This document shows positions 35,466 through 45,400 of a stretch of DNA of 64,000 nucleotides, piece by piece (within the stretch, counting starts at the first letter, position 1; the number at the start of each line of letters is the position of its first letter). The stretch is from contig NW_027191415.1 of NCBI RefSeq assembly GCF_041146345.1, positions 620,001 to 684,000 on the forward strand, given 5' to 3'. The notes beneath the pieces were generated by a model. That model did not search any database, was not told the DNA's origin, and saw only the letters and a program-made list of their open reading frames with translations. The translations under genes and the position numbers were made by a program. This stretch comes from Neodothiora populina (Eukaryota).

Positions 35466-37475
35466 ATGTCCGAGGCAAGTGGGCAGACAAGTATCGCAGC
35501 GCGAATAGCTGCGCTGAAACTTGACCATGTTGGCCGCGCCCCTGGAGGACCGCCGCCGCCACCGTATAAGAGGAGTACCACTATAGACGTACAGCAAGAT
35601 GTGACGACAGTGCCTAACATTGAAAGACCTGGGATCCCAACTCGGCAGCAAACCACAAATGTCCCGCTGGTCAATAGCTATACCACTGCCGCGAACAACG
35701 ACATTGGTAATATGCCGGCTGACGCAAGGACGAATGGTAGTCCTATGCGAATGAATGGTAAGGCCCCGCCACCTCAGATGCCTAAAAAACCATCAAGGAG
35801 TGCTGCGCCGGCCTTGCCACCTAGAAGACCATCTGGACCAGCGCCTCAACTTCCGCCGCGAAGACCGTCAGAAATGTCACTAGAGGCTCCTGTGGCGCAA
35901 GATGGAAACTTAGGTCGAAGGCCATCGACCGACTCGACCGCCTCAGCCATGTCAGGCACGTCGTCTCTATCGAGAGTTTCTACAAGGACAGGAACAAGCA
36001 TCGGAACTGCGGCGTCAGCGAATCGATTCACGATCAAGGCCCCAGAGTATGATCCATCCAAGTTACCACCGCTACCTCCCAGGCGAGAAAAGAGCGACAC
36101 GGAAACTCCTAGGGTGGCTCTTCGAAGCAACAAGTCGACCTCTAGTGTTCCATCTCTGCTTGTGGTACCTCAGAAATCGCAGAGCGTGCCGCCCCCGGAG
36201 CCGAGCACATCTACCCGCCCTAAGCAGTCGATATTGAGTCTTGGATTCAACAACCCTGTGCCTGCTCCTATTGAACCTAATTCTGCGGAGACGAGGCGCG
36301 ATGATGGACGCCCTCCTGTACCTCTCGCGTCTCGACCGGATCTGACAAAGCTCAAGGCGTCGAAGCCAAAACTAAACGGAAATCCTGTATCTCCACCGTC
36401 GCAAGACTCGTGTCTGAAATGCAGAGACTTCTCCGCTGTGGATGCTCATGCCGCTCGCTTCCCGCGACAATCCATCCCATCCACAGATCTAGGCTGGCTA
36501 TCCAACCAACTGACTTCCCAATTCCCCTCAGCAACAGACAAAGCGCGAGCCCTCTTCACCTGGCTCCACCACAACATCGACTACGACACAGTAGCATTCT
36601 ATAACAACGCCGTCAAGCCCTCCACCCCGGCATCAACTCTCGCGACCGGTCTCGCAGTATGCGAAGGCTACGCAGGCCTCTTCACCGCTCTCGCCTCAAA
36701 ATGCGGCCTCGAGAGCGTCGTCGTCGGCGGCCACGGCAAAGGCTACGGCTTCGTACAACCCGGCCCCAGCGGCCCATTACCACCCTACAACCCCGGCGGA
36801 CACGCCTGGAACGCCGTAAAAATCGACGATGGCAAATGGAAACTGATCGACTGCTGCTGGGGCGCGGGCGCCGTCGGCGGACCCAACCAGCCGTACCAGA
36901 GGGGTTTCTCACCGCACCACTTCACGCGCGACAACGTCGACTTCGGCCTCAGCCATTTCCCCGCCGACAAGCGGTATCTCCTGCGCGAAGACGGCAGGCC
37001 GGAGATTAGTTGGGCGGAGTACATCTTGGGCCCGAGTAATGGCGCCGAGCCACCGCAGATGTTCAATGGTTTCACGAGCGAGGAGGGAATCGCCGTCGAG
37101 TCGTTTAGACCGCTGACGAAGCACATTTCAGTGTACGGTAATAGCACTCCATTCATCAGATTCCAATTTTCAAAAGTTTGCACGCACTGGGATAACGAAA
37201 CTATGGGCAACGGCAAGCACTACGTCTACATCCTCGAAACCGCCGGCACAGAAGGCCGAGAGAGGAACCTGCTGCCATTCGAGACGAACGGGTTCTTCTG
37301 GTGGATTGATGTGGCGCCGCGAGACCTGGGCGCGGCGCGTCAGCAGGTCAAGATCGCGGCGGTGAATAGTTTCGACGGCGGGGATGGAAGGGGCGTTTCG
37401 CCGAAGCTGTTCAAAGAGAAGGTCGGGCGTTGTGGGATGGGGTGGGGGTATGTGGCTTTGTTTGAGCTTGTTTAG
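35466..37475 (+). CDS. Transglutaminase-like (kyphoscoliosis peptidase-like) protein with Pro-rich N-terminus
   Basis: ARALFTWLHHNIDYD, AVCEGYA, GHAWNAV and LIDCCWGAG (Cys-His-Asp triad); multiple LPPRR/PxxP motifs. Confidence 0.88.
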   Translation: MSEASGQTSIAARIAALKLDHVGRAPGGPPPPPYKRSTTIDVQQDVTTVPNIERPGIPTRQQTTNVPLVNSYTTAANNDIGNMPADARTNGSPMRMNGKAPPPQMPKKPSRSAAPALPPRRPSGPAPQLPPRRPSEMSLEAPVAQDGNLGRRPSTDSTASAMSGTSSLSRVSTRTGTSIGTAASANRFTIKAPEYDPSKLPPLPPRREKSDTETPRVALRSNKSTSSVPSLLVVPQKSQSVPPPEPSTSTRPKQSILSLGFNNPVPAPIEPNSAETRRDDGRPPVPLASRPDLTKLKASKPKLNGNPVSPPSQDSCLKCRDFSAVDAHAARFPRQSIPSTDLGWLSNQLTSQFPSATDKARALFTWLHHNIDYDTVAFYNNAVKPSTPASTLATGLAVCEGYAGLFTALASKCGLESVVVGGHGKGYGFVQPGPSGPLPPYNPGGHAWNAVKIDDGKWKLIDCCWGAGAVGGPNQPYQRGFSPHHFTRDNVDFGLSHFPADKRYLLREDGRPEISWAEYILGPSNGAEPPQMFNGFTSEEGIAVESFRPLTKHISVYGNSTPFIRFQFSKVCTHWDNETMGNGKHYVYILETAGTEGRERNLLPFETNGFFWWIDVAPRDLGAARQQVKIAAVNSFDGGDGRGVSPKLFKEKVGRCGMGWGYVALFELV

Positions 37476-38152
37476 TTAGTGGTCATACTGGTGGTGGTGG
37501 TAGTAGTAGTAATGATGGGAGTGGTAGTAAGAGGTAAGAGGAGTGCGCTCCCGCCCTCTCTGCCCCGCACCTTCCTGCCTCTTTAGCAAAGACTTGGAAA
37601 ACCCCAAGCTCGATCTGTTGCACTTGACACAAGGAATGAAGAGAAGTTAAGGTTGGCGTACATCTTATCTTACACGGCTCTAAGGTTAGCAACACCCCCG
37701 AAAGCCAGTCTTTCCCAACTAATGTGCACCAAAAAGTGAAGTAATATAGAAAGGAAACCAGAATAATATATTTTTGAGAAGTCAGTCACTATTTTCCCCC
37801 CATCGGCTTGATTTCTCCCGGTTTTCATATCAAGCGCCGAGGAACACAGGTAGCGCAGGCCTTCTTCGACACCCCTGCTTTTCCTGTCACAATTTCCGTT
37901 TTTATTTCGCTTCCATCGTGTTTCCGTGGGCCTGTCGTTGATACATATACATGTCTATACCAAGAAGGCTTGCAGAGTGATTATAGCACTCTAGCTCAGA
38001 CTTGGCCAACCAGAACTCTCTCGTATGCGACTGACTGGCTCAATGCGGCCGCATTCCCCTCAACCTTTGAGACAAGAGCCGAGTCGGAGCTGTGGAGAGA
38101 GGGGGGTTTGATATTGTCCTTTTAGCATTCCGATGTCTCTCGTGAAGTTACA

Positions 38153-38856
38153 TCATTGAGCTTGCGGGGATATTAAAACGACGGAGTCACCTGTAGAAAA
38201 ATAAGTGGACGAGCTTGGGGGAAGAACGATATATAAAAAGCGCATGCATGTCTGGGAGCAGCAGCGGTACCAGCTGTGGTAGTGCTGCTCGTGGTGGTGC
38301 TAATAATGCCGGCAGAAATATACATACCTCTGACAAACAGCATTTCCGACTGCTTCTTCACCGTCTGCGGAACACAGCGTCAGCGATTGTTTCTCTTTTC
38401 ATGTTACACACAGTAGATGAGAAGAAATCATACCCTCACGGTGTCGAGCTCGTCCTCGTCATCAATCACATAGATGGTTTCCTCGACTTCTCCGAGCACT
38501 AGGTTGCAATGGCTGTCGTATGCCTGTCCGAGTCACGCGAGTAAGCTTTTGTCTTTGTCTATCGTTCTATCTTTCGGACATTGCGTAGAAGGTGATGGGT
38601 ATGCGCGCGCACGCCTGCGCAACTCTCTCTCTGCCTCCCTGGCGCGCAGACGCAGCCACAAGGCACGCGCAATGTTTCTGGGGATTGTTGCTGCTGCTGC
38701 TGCTCATCGGAAAAAATGAAAATCGCATACGTGTAAGCGGCCCTGTAGTTCTCGGTCTCCGCGTAGCTTGACAAAGACAATCTCGTTGAGCGAAAGGCGG
38801 ACCAGATCCAGAGGTTCGTTGACCGGGTTCGAGGAGCCATCGTCTGCGTCCGCCAT
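38153..38856 (-). CDS. LSM3: U6 snRNA-associated Sm-like protein LSm3 (96 aa); exons 38856-38731, 38523-38434, 38364-38328, 38190-38153
   Basis: Spliced: [60 protein letters not shown]...|[24 protein letters not shown]. Not in the ORF track. Confidence 0.95.
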
Positions 38857-40234
38857 TGTGTTTGTGGAGCGAGAAGGAAGCGGTGGGATTTTGTGGATGT
38901 AGCGAGAGAGCGTAGGTATGGTGTATGGATTGTTGCTCGGGGTCGATTAGTTGGTTTAATGTGTCGGTGGTTGGCTTATTGATTCGTTTATTGTCGACTA
39001 CATTTAGTCAATGACCGAAGCTCGGCGGAGTGTCGTTCGTCTGCAATGCGATCGAGTGCAAACACAATGCAAACATGCATACAGCATTTCACCTACTGCA
39101 AGTTCGGAGAATATCTCGAGAATATATAATTACATGACCTCGCACATTTTACCATCCTTATCAATCGCTATATTCTATAAATGGCACTGAGCCCGTGTAA
39201 CAGCATCACAGAGCAACACAGCAAGTTGGTTCAAATAATGAAATGTCGACATATGATTGACCGACAGAGTCGCGAGGCCAGTCCTGTGCTGCCATCCTGA
39301 TTACTATGCAGACACACTACTATACTACAGACACAGAATCTCCTAGACCTTGGGTGTGTTCTACGCCTCACTATGCCTGCGACACCTCTACTGTATGTTC
39401 TGCTGCCAACCAAGCACTCAAGAGTCGCGCCATCAAATGTGGAAGCAGGAAGATAATCGTGTAACCTCTTGGCGCATGTCTCTCGATCGCGAGATTAGCG
39501 ACGCCACGAGCCAAAGTCCCAAGAGTCGAGAGAAACGGGCTGAATGATTCGAGTTGCGGGGTCTGCCAGTACCAGCTGAGAACGACAGGATATTGTAATA
39601 TTGTACTGTACAGTGCACTACATCAGTGCTACTGTGAAGTGTTGTGGTTTCGGGTCCACAATATATCGCGGAGAATAAAAGACCATGCGAGATGGTCATA
39701 TCAGTCATATCGACTTGACTTGATAAGACAATCCAATCACAGAGGAACGAAAGAAGGCAACGGAAAGATTGACTTTCCTCGCTTGAGGTATACCTTGTTC
39801 ACTGTACTTCGTATAGTGGGAACGCGTGAAGACGACGTCAGCAGACGCGCCACCCCTGCCCTGTCGTTTGGTTGCTTACGGTCAAGTTTTCTTGAGTTCC
39901 TTGAGTTCCAAGTCTTTCTTGGTCGCAATTAGGCACTTTGTATAAGGAATAAGGTTGCCATCCAACCTGAAATGTGCCTGGCCGCCTTGTGTCAACGGTT
40001 TACCCTTGGCACGACACCGCCACGTTTTCGACCGCCTCGATGCTACTCGGTCGCAACACATCTTTTGGAGTATCCTATTGATCATACAGCTACTTGGACT
40101 ATCGGGCAAGAGACCGATCCCTAATTATTGTCTCTTTTCTCTCTCGACACTGCTCGTCCTGTGCAATGGATGCGCTTCCTGACGTCATCCATCTCTGAGA
40201 CAGCGACCAGTGCAGATACTGGGGAAACAAGAAA

Positions 40235-43200
40235 ATGGCTGGCGATGCGCATCAAGACAATAATTCTGGTGATTCTGGTGTGAGGAGGAGACATTCAGGC
40301 CAACACGAACGTGTCAGAAACAATGTCGCAACTACGGAAGAAGACAACTCGGCAGACCTCACGGATGCCGAGGCGTTTGGTGGTATTCGCAGATCTGCGA
40401 CAGACCCGGCGCGACTGATGACTTCGGGCAACGATATTCCTGTAATCAGCAGAAATGATCTCGACGAGCATCCTCAGCAAAAAGTGCGATTCTCTCTGGA
40501 CACTTCTCGACCCTTGTCGCGATCGGGCGACAAGAAAAGGAAGAGCGATGACATGGTTGAGCAGGTCGACGATGTGTCCAAGAGGGCTGGCACGCCGAAT
40601 CTTTCTTTGGACACAAGCACTGCGCAGTCGGGCCCCAGAGTATTTGGCGACACGGCAGCAATGGATGTCGTCTCACCAGACAGTCCTTTGGCGAACAGAA
40701 GCACTTCCCCATCAGCTCCACATCGTCCCAAGTTGTCTCCCTTGTCGCCCGCAGGCCGCAACCGAGGATACTCCCTTCGCAGTGCTCTGTTTCAGCGAAA
40801 CATGCGAGATCGTCCCGCCGAGGTTCCAGGTTCTGTTATAGAAATGAGCAACGTTGGCCCATCCAACCTGAACCCTCTCTCGAGACAATTCTCACGGCAA
40901 TCCACACGACCTTCAACCGGAAAGAAGTCTATGGACACCGTGGTCGAGATATCCCCCGTAGTCGATCGTGAGTCGCAAGAAGAGTTCAAGCTACCATACC
41001 ACGAGCCTCCGACAGGCCTTCGCGGCATCGAGGCCCTTCCCCACTACAACTCTTGGTTACAGGCGAGGGCTGCCCGTAATCCTGTATGGCGTTCCGTCCA
41101 GCAAGCATATTCGCGCACGAGGAAGTTTGTCCTGAGGATCCAGGAAATCCCCCCAAGCAGAGACGGAAGGCACATTGACCTCGATCCCTCAAGGAAGCAG
41201 GCCTTGATAGATGAGAGAACGGGCAAAAATTACATCACCAACACCATTCGCTCAAGCAGGTACAATGCCTGGAATTTCGTCCCCAGGCAGTTGTTTGCTC
41301 AATTCTCCAAGCTTGCCAATTTCTATTTCTTATGCGTCTCTATTTTGCAAATGATACCCGGTCTGAGTACCACTGGCACCTACACTACTATCGTGCCACT
41401 CCTTTTCTTCGTTGCTCTTTCCATGGCGAAGGAAGGTTATGATGACTTACGACGTTACCGCCTCGACAAGGCCGAGAACAACCGTGAAGCCACCGTGCTT
41501 CATGCATATCGACCCATTCCTGGCTCAGAAGACTTTGAGGAGACCACACCGGCCGCTCGCGAAGGACCCATACACTGGGCCAAGACGAAATGGCAAAACA
41601 TACAAGTCGGAGACGTGGTGAAGCTCGACAGAGACGAGGCCGCTCCTGCTGATATTGTGCTGTTGAATGCCAAGGGACCGAATGGCATCGCTTACATCGA
41701 GACCATGGCACTTGACGGAGAGACCAACCTCAAGAGCAAGCAGACAACCACTTCTCTAGTCAAGCTCTGCGACACCCTGGAGGCCATCAGTGATTGTAAA
41801 GCTCACTTTGTCGTCGAAGATCCCAATCTCGATCTTTACAACTTCGAGGGCAAGGTGGCCACGGACGGACATACTGCTCCTCTGACGAACCACGAGATTG
41901 TGTACCGAGGAAGCGTGTTGAGGAACACATCCGAAGCCATCGGTATGGTCATATACACTGGTGAAGAGTGCAAAATTCGCATGAACGCCAACAAGAATCC
42001 TCGAATCAAAGCTCCAGCATTGCAGACAGTCGTCAACAAGATTGTCATCATTATTGTCATCTTCGTCGTTGCGCTATCTATCTTCAACACCGTGGCTTAC
42101 CAAGTCTGGAAGAAGGGAACCGAGAAGAACTCGTGGTATCTGATTGACGCCGACGTGGCTTTCTTCCCCATCCTGACGAGTTTCATCATCATGTTCAACA
42201 CCATGATTCCTCTCTCGCTTTACGTCAGCATGGAAATCGTCAAGCTGGCCCAGATGTTGCTTCTCAACGACATCGACATGTATGACGAGGTCTCAGACAC
42301 TCCCTTCGAGGCACGAACTTCCACCATCAACGAAGAACTCGGCCAGATTAATTACATCTTCTCGGACAAGACTGGAACCCTGACCGACAACTCTATGAAG
42401 TTCCGCAAAATGAGTGTTGCCGGTATTGCTTGGCTGCACGATGCGGATCTCCAGGACGAACAGCAGGGCGGCGAGATGCTCATGCATAAGAAGAGAAGAC
42501 GGAAAAGCAAGGGAAAGAAACCAGCAAAATTGCCACGCGCCTCGACTACGCTTTTGGAAGGTGGTGAGATCGACGACGAAGGCGAAGATGCACGACGTCC
42601 GAGCCGAAAATCTACCTCCCAATGGCAATCCTCAGCCCGCCCAGCCAAGGCCCAGCTGGAACTCAATACTAGAGACTTGATCAAATATCTCCAGCGTCGG
42701 CCCTTCACCGTGTTCGCCAAAAAGGCTCGAATGCTGTTGCTTTCAATGGCATTGTGCCACACTTGTCTGCCAGAGACGCAAGAGGATGGCTCTGTCGACT
42801 TTCAAGCATCCTCGCCTGATGAATTGGCTCTTGTTCGAGCTGCACAGGAGCTCGACTACATGGTTGTCAACAGAGACTCTACTCTACTTACTGTCAAGAC
42901 TTATCCCAACGGTCACGCGCAAGAGGCGGTGGTGGAGCAATATGATATCCTGGACGTGATTGAGTTCTCCAGTAAGCGCAAGAGGATGTCTGTGCTCGTG
43001 CGCTTCCCCGATGGGCGTATCTGCGTGATCTGTAAGGGTGCCGACACCATTGTTATGCAAAGATTGAAACTTGCAGTGCTGGCAAATCAAAAAGTCGTCG
43101 AGATCGAGAAGAAAGCTAGTCGGCGCAAAAGCCTTGAGGCGCGCGAGGCAATAGCCCGCAAGAGCGAGCATCATGAGAGATTGAGTCTCAGTCGACCGAG

Positions 43201-45400
43201 TGTGTCTTTGTCCTTAGGCGGACGCAAGAGTGGAGGTATGCTTTCGAGACCAAGCATGTCTGGAGCTAGCCGTCAAAACGTCCGAAGTGAGATCAACGAA
43301 TGGTTACATGAGAGGGAACACGATGTAGACGTGCTGCACGAGGAAGATGCTGGACTACACTATTCACCACGACCCTCTACACATGTACCTGGCCGCCACT
43401 CCTCGGCACCGTCGGAAGCACGCAGTTCATTCCAGACTGATGATGAAGACGACGAAGACTTGATCGAGGAAGCGCTCGTGGTAGACGAGCCGAAAGTGGT
43501 GGAACGCTGCTTCCAACACATCAACGACTTTGCCACCGAGGGTTTACGCACTTTGCTATATGGCCATCGCTTCCTTGATGAGCAAGAGTACATGGGCTGG
43601 AAGAAAGTCTATCACGATGCCACTACCAGTCTCGTGAACCGGCAGGAGCTGATTGAGCAAGCCGGTGAACTAATCGAACAGGATCTCGAGCTAGGTGGCG
43701 CCACCGCTATTGAGGACAAACTCCAGAACGGCGTTCCCGAGGCAATTGACAAGCTCCGCCGCGCCAGCATCAAGATGTGGATGTTGACTGGTGACAAGCG
43801 TGAGACGGCCATTAATATCGGACACTCTTGTCGATTGATCAAGGACTACTCTTCCATCACCATTCTAGACCACGAGACTGGTGAAGTTGAGCAGCGCATC
43901 GCCGCTACCATCTTGGATATCAACAACAGCAAGGTTGCTCATTCTGTGATTGTGGTCGATGGACAGACCCTGGCCCTGATCGAGCATGACAAGCCGCTGC
44001 GGGGTCTCTTTTATAATCTTGCTGTCCTGGCCGATTCGGTCATCTGCTGCAGAGCCTCTCCCAGTCAGAAAGCGGGCCTGGTCAAAGCAGTGCGATACAA
44101 GGTCAAGGGGGCAATCACGCTAGCGATAGGCGATGGAGCCAACGACATCGCGATGATCCAAGAGGCCCACGTAGGCATCGGTATAACAGGTAAAGAGGGT
44201 CTTCAAGCAGCCAGGACCTCGGACTACTCGATCGCGCAGTTTCGCTTTCTGTCGAAACTTCTTCTCGTACATGGTCGGTGGAACTACATCCGCATCTGCA
44301 AATACACGGTCTCGACGTTCTGGAAGGAACTTTTGTTCTATCTCACTCAAGCGCTCTACCAGCGATGGACAGGGTATACTGGCACATCGTTATACGAGTC
44401 TTGGTCTCTTTCCATGTTCAACACCTTGTTCACCAGTCTCCCGGTTATCTTTATTGGTATATTCGAAAAGGATCTGCTCCCTCAGACTTTGCTCGCTGTT
44501 CCAGAGCTCTATACCAAGGGCCAACGCAACGGCGGCTTCAACTTCAAGATCTACCTCGGGTGGATGTTCATGGCAGTCGTGGAAGCGATGCTAGTGTATT
44601 TCCTCATGTACGGGTCGTACGGCCAAGCAATCTTCACTAGAGATCAGAGTCTGTATGCGCTTGGGTCTCTGACCTTCACGGCCTGCATCATTCTCATCTG
44701 CACCAAGTTGCAAGTGATTGAGAATCACAACAAGACGTACACTGCCATCATCGCCAGCGTGCTTTCGGTAGGCGGCTGGTTCCTTTGGATGATAATTCTC
44801 GGTAAGACAGCCCTTTCTCATCAAACACACACAACTGACTTTTCCACCCCAGCAACGACCTACCAAAACAACAACGAATACAACGTGAAAAACGGCTTCT
44901 TCAACCGCTTCGGCGACAACTTCACCTGGTGGTTCACGCTGATCCTGATCGTTGTGTCCACAGTGTGGTTCGAGTTCGGCGTCCGCAGCCTCAAAGCAGC
45001 CTACTTCCCTACCGACGTCGACATCTTCCAGGACCTGGAGCGCGACATCCACGTGCGCAGACGCTTCGAGGAAGCTTCTGCAATGGAGCTCCAGGCCGGC
45101 TGGAACCACGGCACGAAGAAGTCGAGTCTGGAGCTGTCTCGTGAGCGCGAGGCGCAGGCTCAGCGTGAGAATGAAGTCGTGGATCTGCTCAATCGGCCGA
45201 GAGTCATGGAGGAAGGTAGCGCTGGACGCGCTAAGGGTGCTAATGCAGCGATTCCTGTGACTAGGGTCGAGACGGAAGAAGAAATCGTCGTCGTCGAGGA
45301 TGGCTTCGAGGGTCCTGTTAGGCGATCGACGGATATTCAGGAGATGTTGTCGAGGAGGTTCGGGAGCGTACGGCAGGGCACGCTGACGAGTAGGGATTGA
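40235..45400 (+). CDS. DNF3: P4-type ATPase phospholipid flippase, DNF3-like; probable 51-nt intron 44802-44852
   Basis: DGETNLK, PLSLYVS, DKTGT, TGDK and GDGAND motifs; the long insertions are typical of the Dnf3 clade. Confidence 0.85.
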   Translation: MAGDAHQDNNSGDSGVRRRHSGQHERVRNNVATTEEDNSADLTDAEAFGGIRRSATDPARLMTSGNDIPVISRNDLDEHPQQKVRFSLDTSRPLSRSGDKKRKSDDMVEQVDDVSKRAGTPNLSLDTSTAQSGPRVFGDTAAMDVVSPDSPLANRSTSPSAPHRPKLSPLSPAGRNRGYSLRSALFQRNMRDRPAEVPGSVIEMSNVGPSNLNPLSRQFSRQSTRPSTGKKSMDTVVEISPVVDRESQEEFKLPYHEPPTGLRGIEALPHYNSWLQARAARNPVWRSVQQAYSRTRKFVLRIQEIPPSRDGRHIDLDPSRKQALIDERTGKNYITNTIRSSRYNAWNFVPRQLFAQFSKLANFYFLCVSILQMIPGLSTTGTYTTIVPLLFFVALSMAKEGYDDLRRYRLDKAENNREATVLHAYRPIPGSEDFEETTPAAREGPIHWAKTKWQNIQVGDVVKLDRDEAAPADIVLLNAKGPNGIAYIETMALDGETNLKSKQTTTSLVKLCDTLEAISDCKAHFVVEDPNLDLYNFEGKVATDGHTAPLTNHEIVYRGSVLRNTSEAIGMVIYTGEECKIRMNANKNPRIKAPALQTVVNKIVIIIVIFVVALSIFNTVAYQVWKKGTEKNSWYLIDADVAFFPILTSFIIMFNTMIPLSLYVSMEIVKLAQMLLLNDIDMYDEVSDTPFEARTSTINEELGQINYIFSDKTGTLTDNSMKFRKMSVAGIAWLHDADLQDEQQGGEMLMHKKRRRKSKGKKPAKLPRASTTLLEGGEIDDEGEDARRPSRKSTSQWQSSARPAKAQLELNTRDLIKYLQRRPFTVFAKKARMLLLSMALCHTCLPETQEDGSVDFQASSPDELALVRAAQELDYMVVNRDSTLLTVKTYPNGHAQEAVVEQYDILDVIEFSSKRKRMSVLVRFPDGRICVICKGADTIVMQRLKLAVLANQKVVEIEKKASRRKSLEAREAIARKSEHHERLSLSRPSVSLSLGGRKSGGMLSRPSMSGASRQNVRSEINEWLHEREHDVDVLHEEDAGLHYSPRPSTHVPGRHSSAPSEARSSFQTDDEDDEDLIEEALVVDEPKVVERCFQHINDFATEGLRTLLYGHRFLDEQEYMGWKKVYHDATTSLVNRQELIEQAGELIEQDLELGGATAIEDKLQNGVPEAIDKLRRASIKMWMLTGDKRETAINIGHSCRLIKDYSSITILDHETGEVEQRIAATILDINNSKVAHSVIVVDGQTLALIEHDKPLRGLFYNLAVLADSVICCRASPSQKAGLVKAVRYKVKGAITLAIGDGANDIAMIQEAHVGIGITGKEGLQAARTSDYSIAQFRFLSKLLLVHGRWNYIRICKYTVSTFWKELLFYLTQALYQRWTGYTGTSLYESWSLSMFNTLFTSLPVIFIGIFEKDLLPQTLLAVPELYTKGQRNGGFNFKIYLGWMFMAVVEAMLVYFLMYGSYGQAIFTRDQSLYALGSLTFTACIILICTKLQVIENHNKTYTAIIASVLSVGGWFLWMIILGKTALSHQTHTTDFSTPATTYQNNNEYNVKNGFFNRFGDNFTWWFTLILIVVSTVWFEFGVRSLKAAYFPTDVDIFQDLERDIHVRRRFEEASAMELQAGWNHGTKKSSLELSREREAQAQRENEVVDLLNRPRVMEEGSAGRAKGANAAIPVTRVETEEEIVVVEDGFEGPVRRSTDIQEMLSRRFGSVRQGTLTSRD

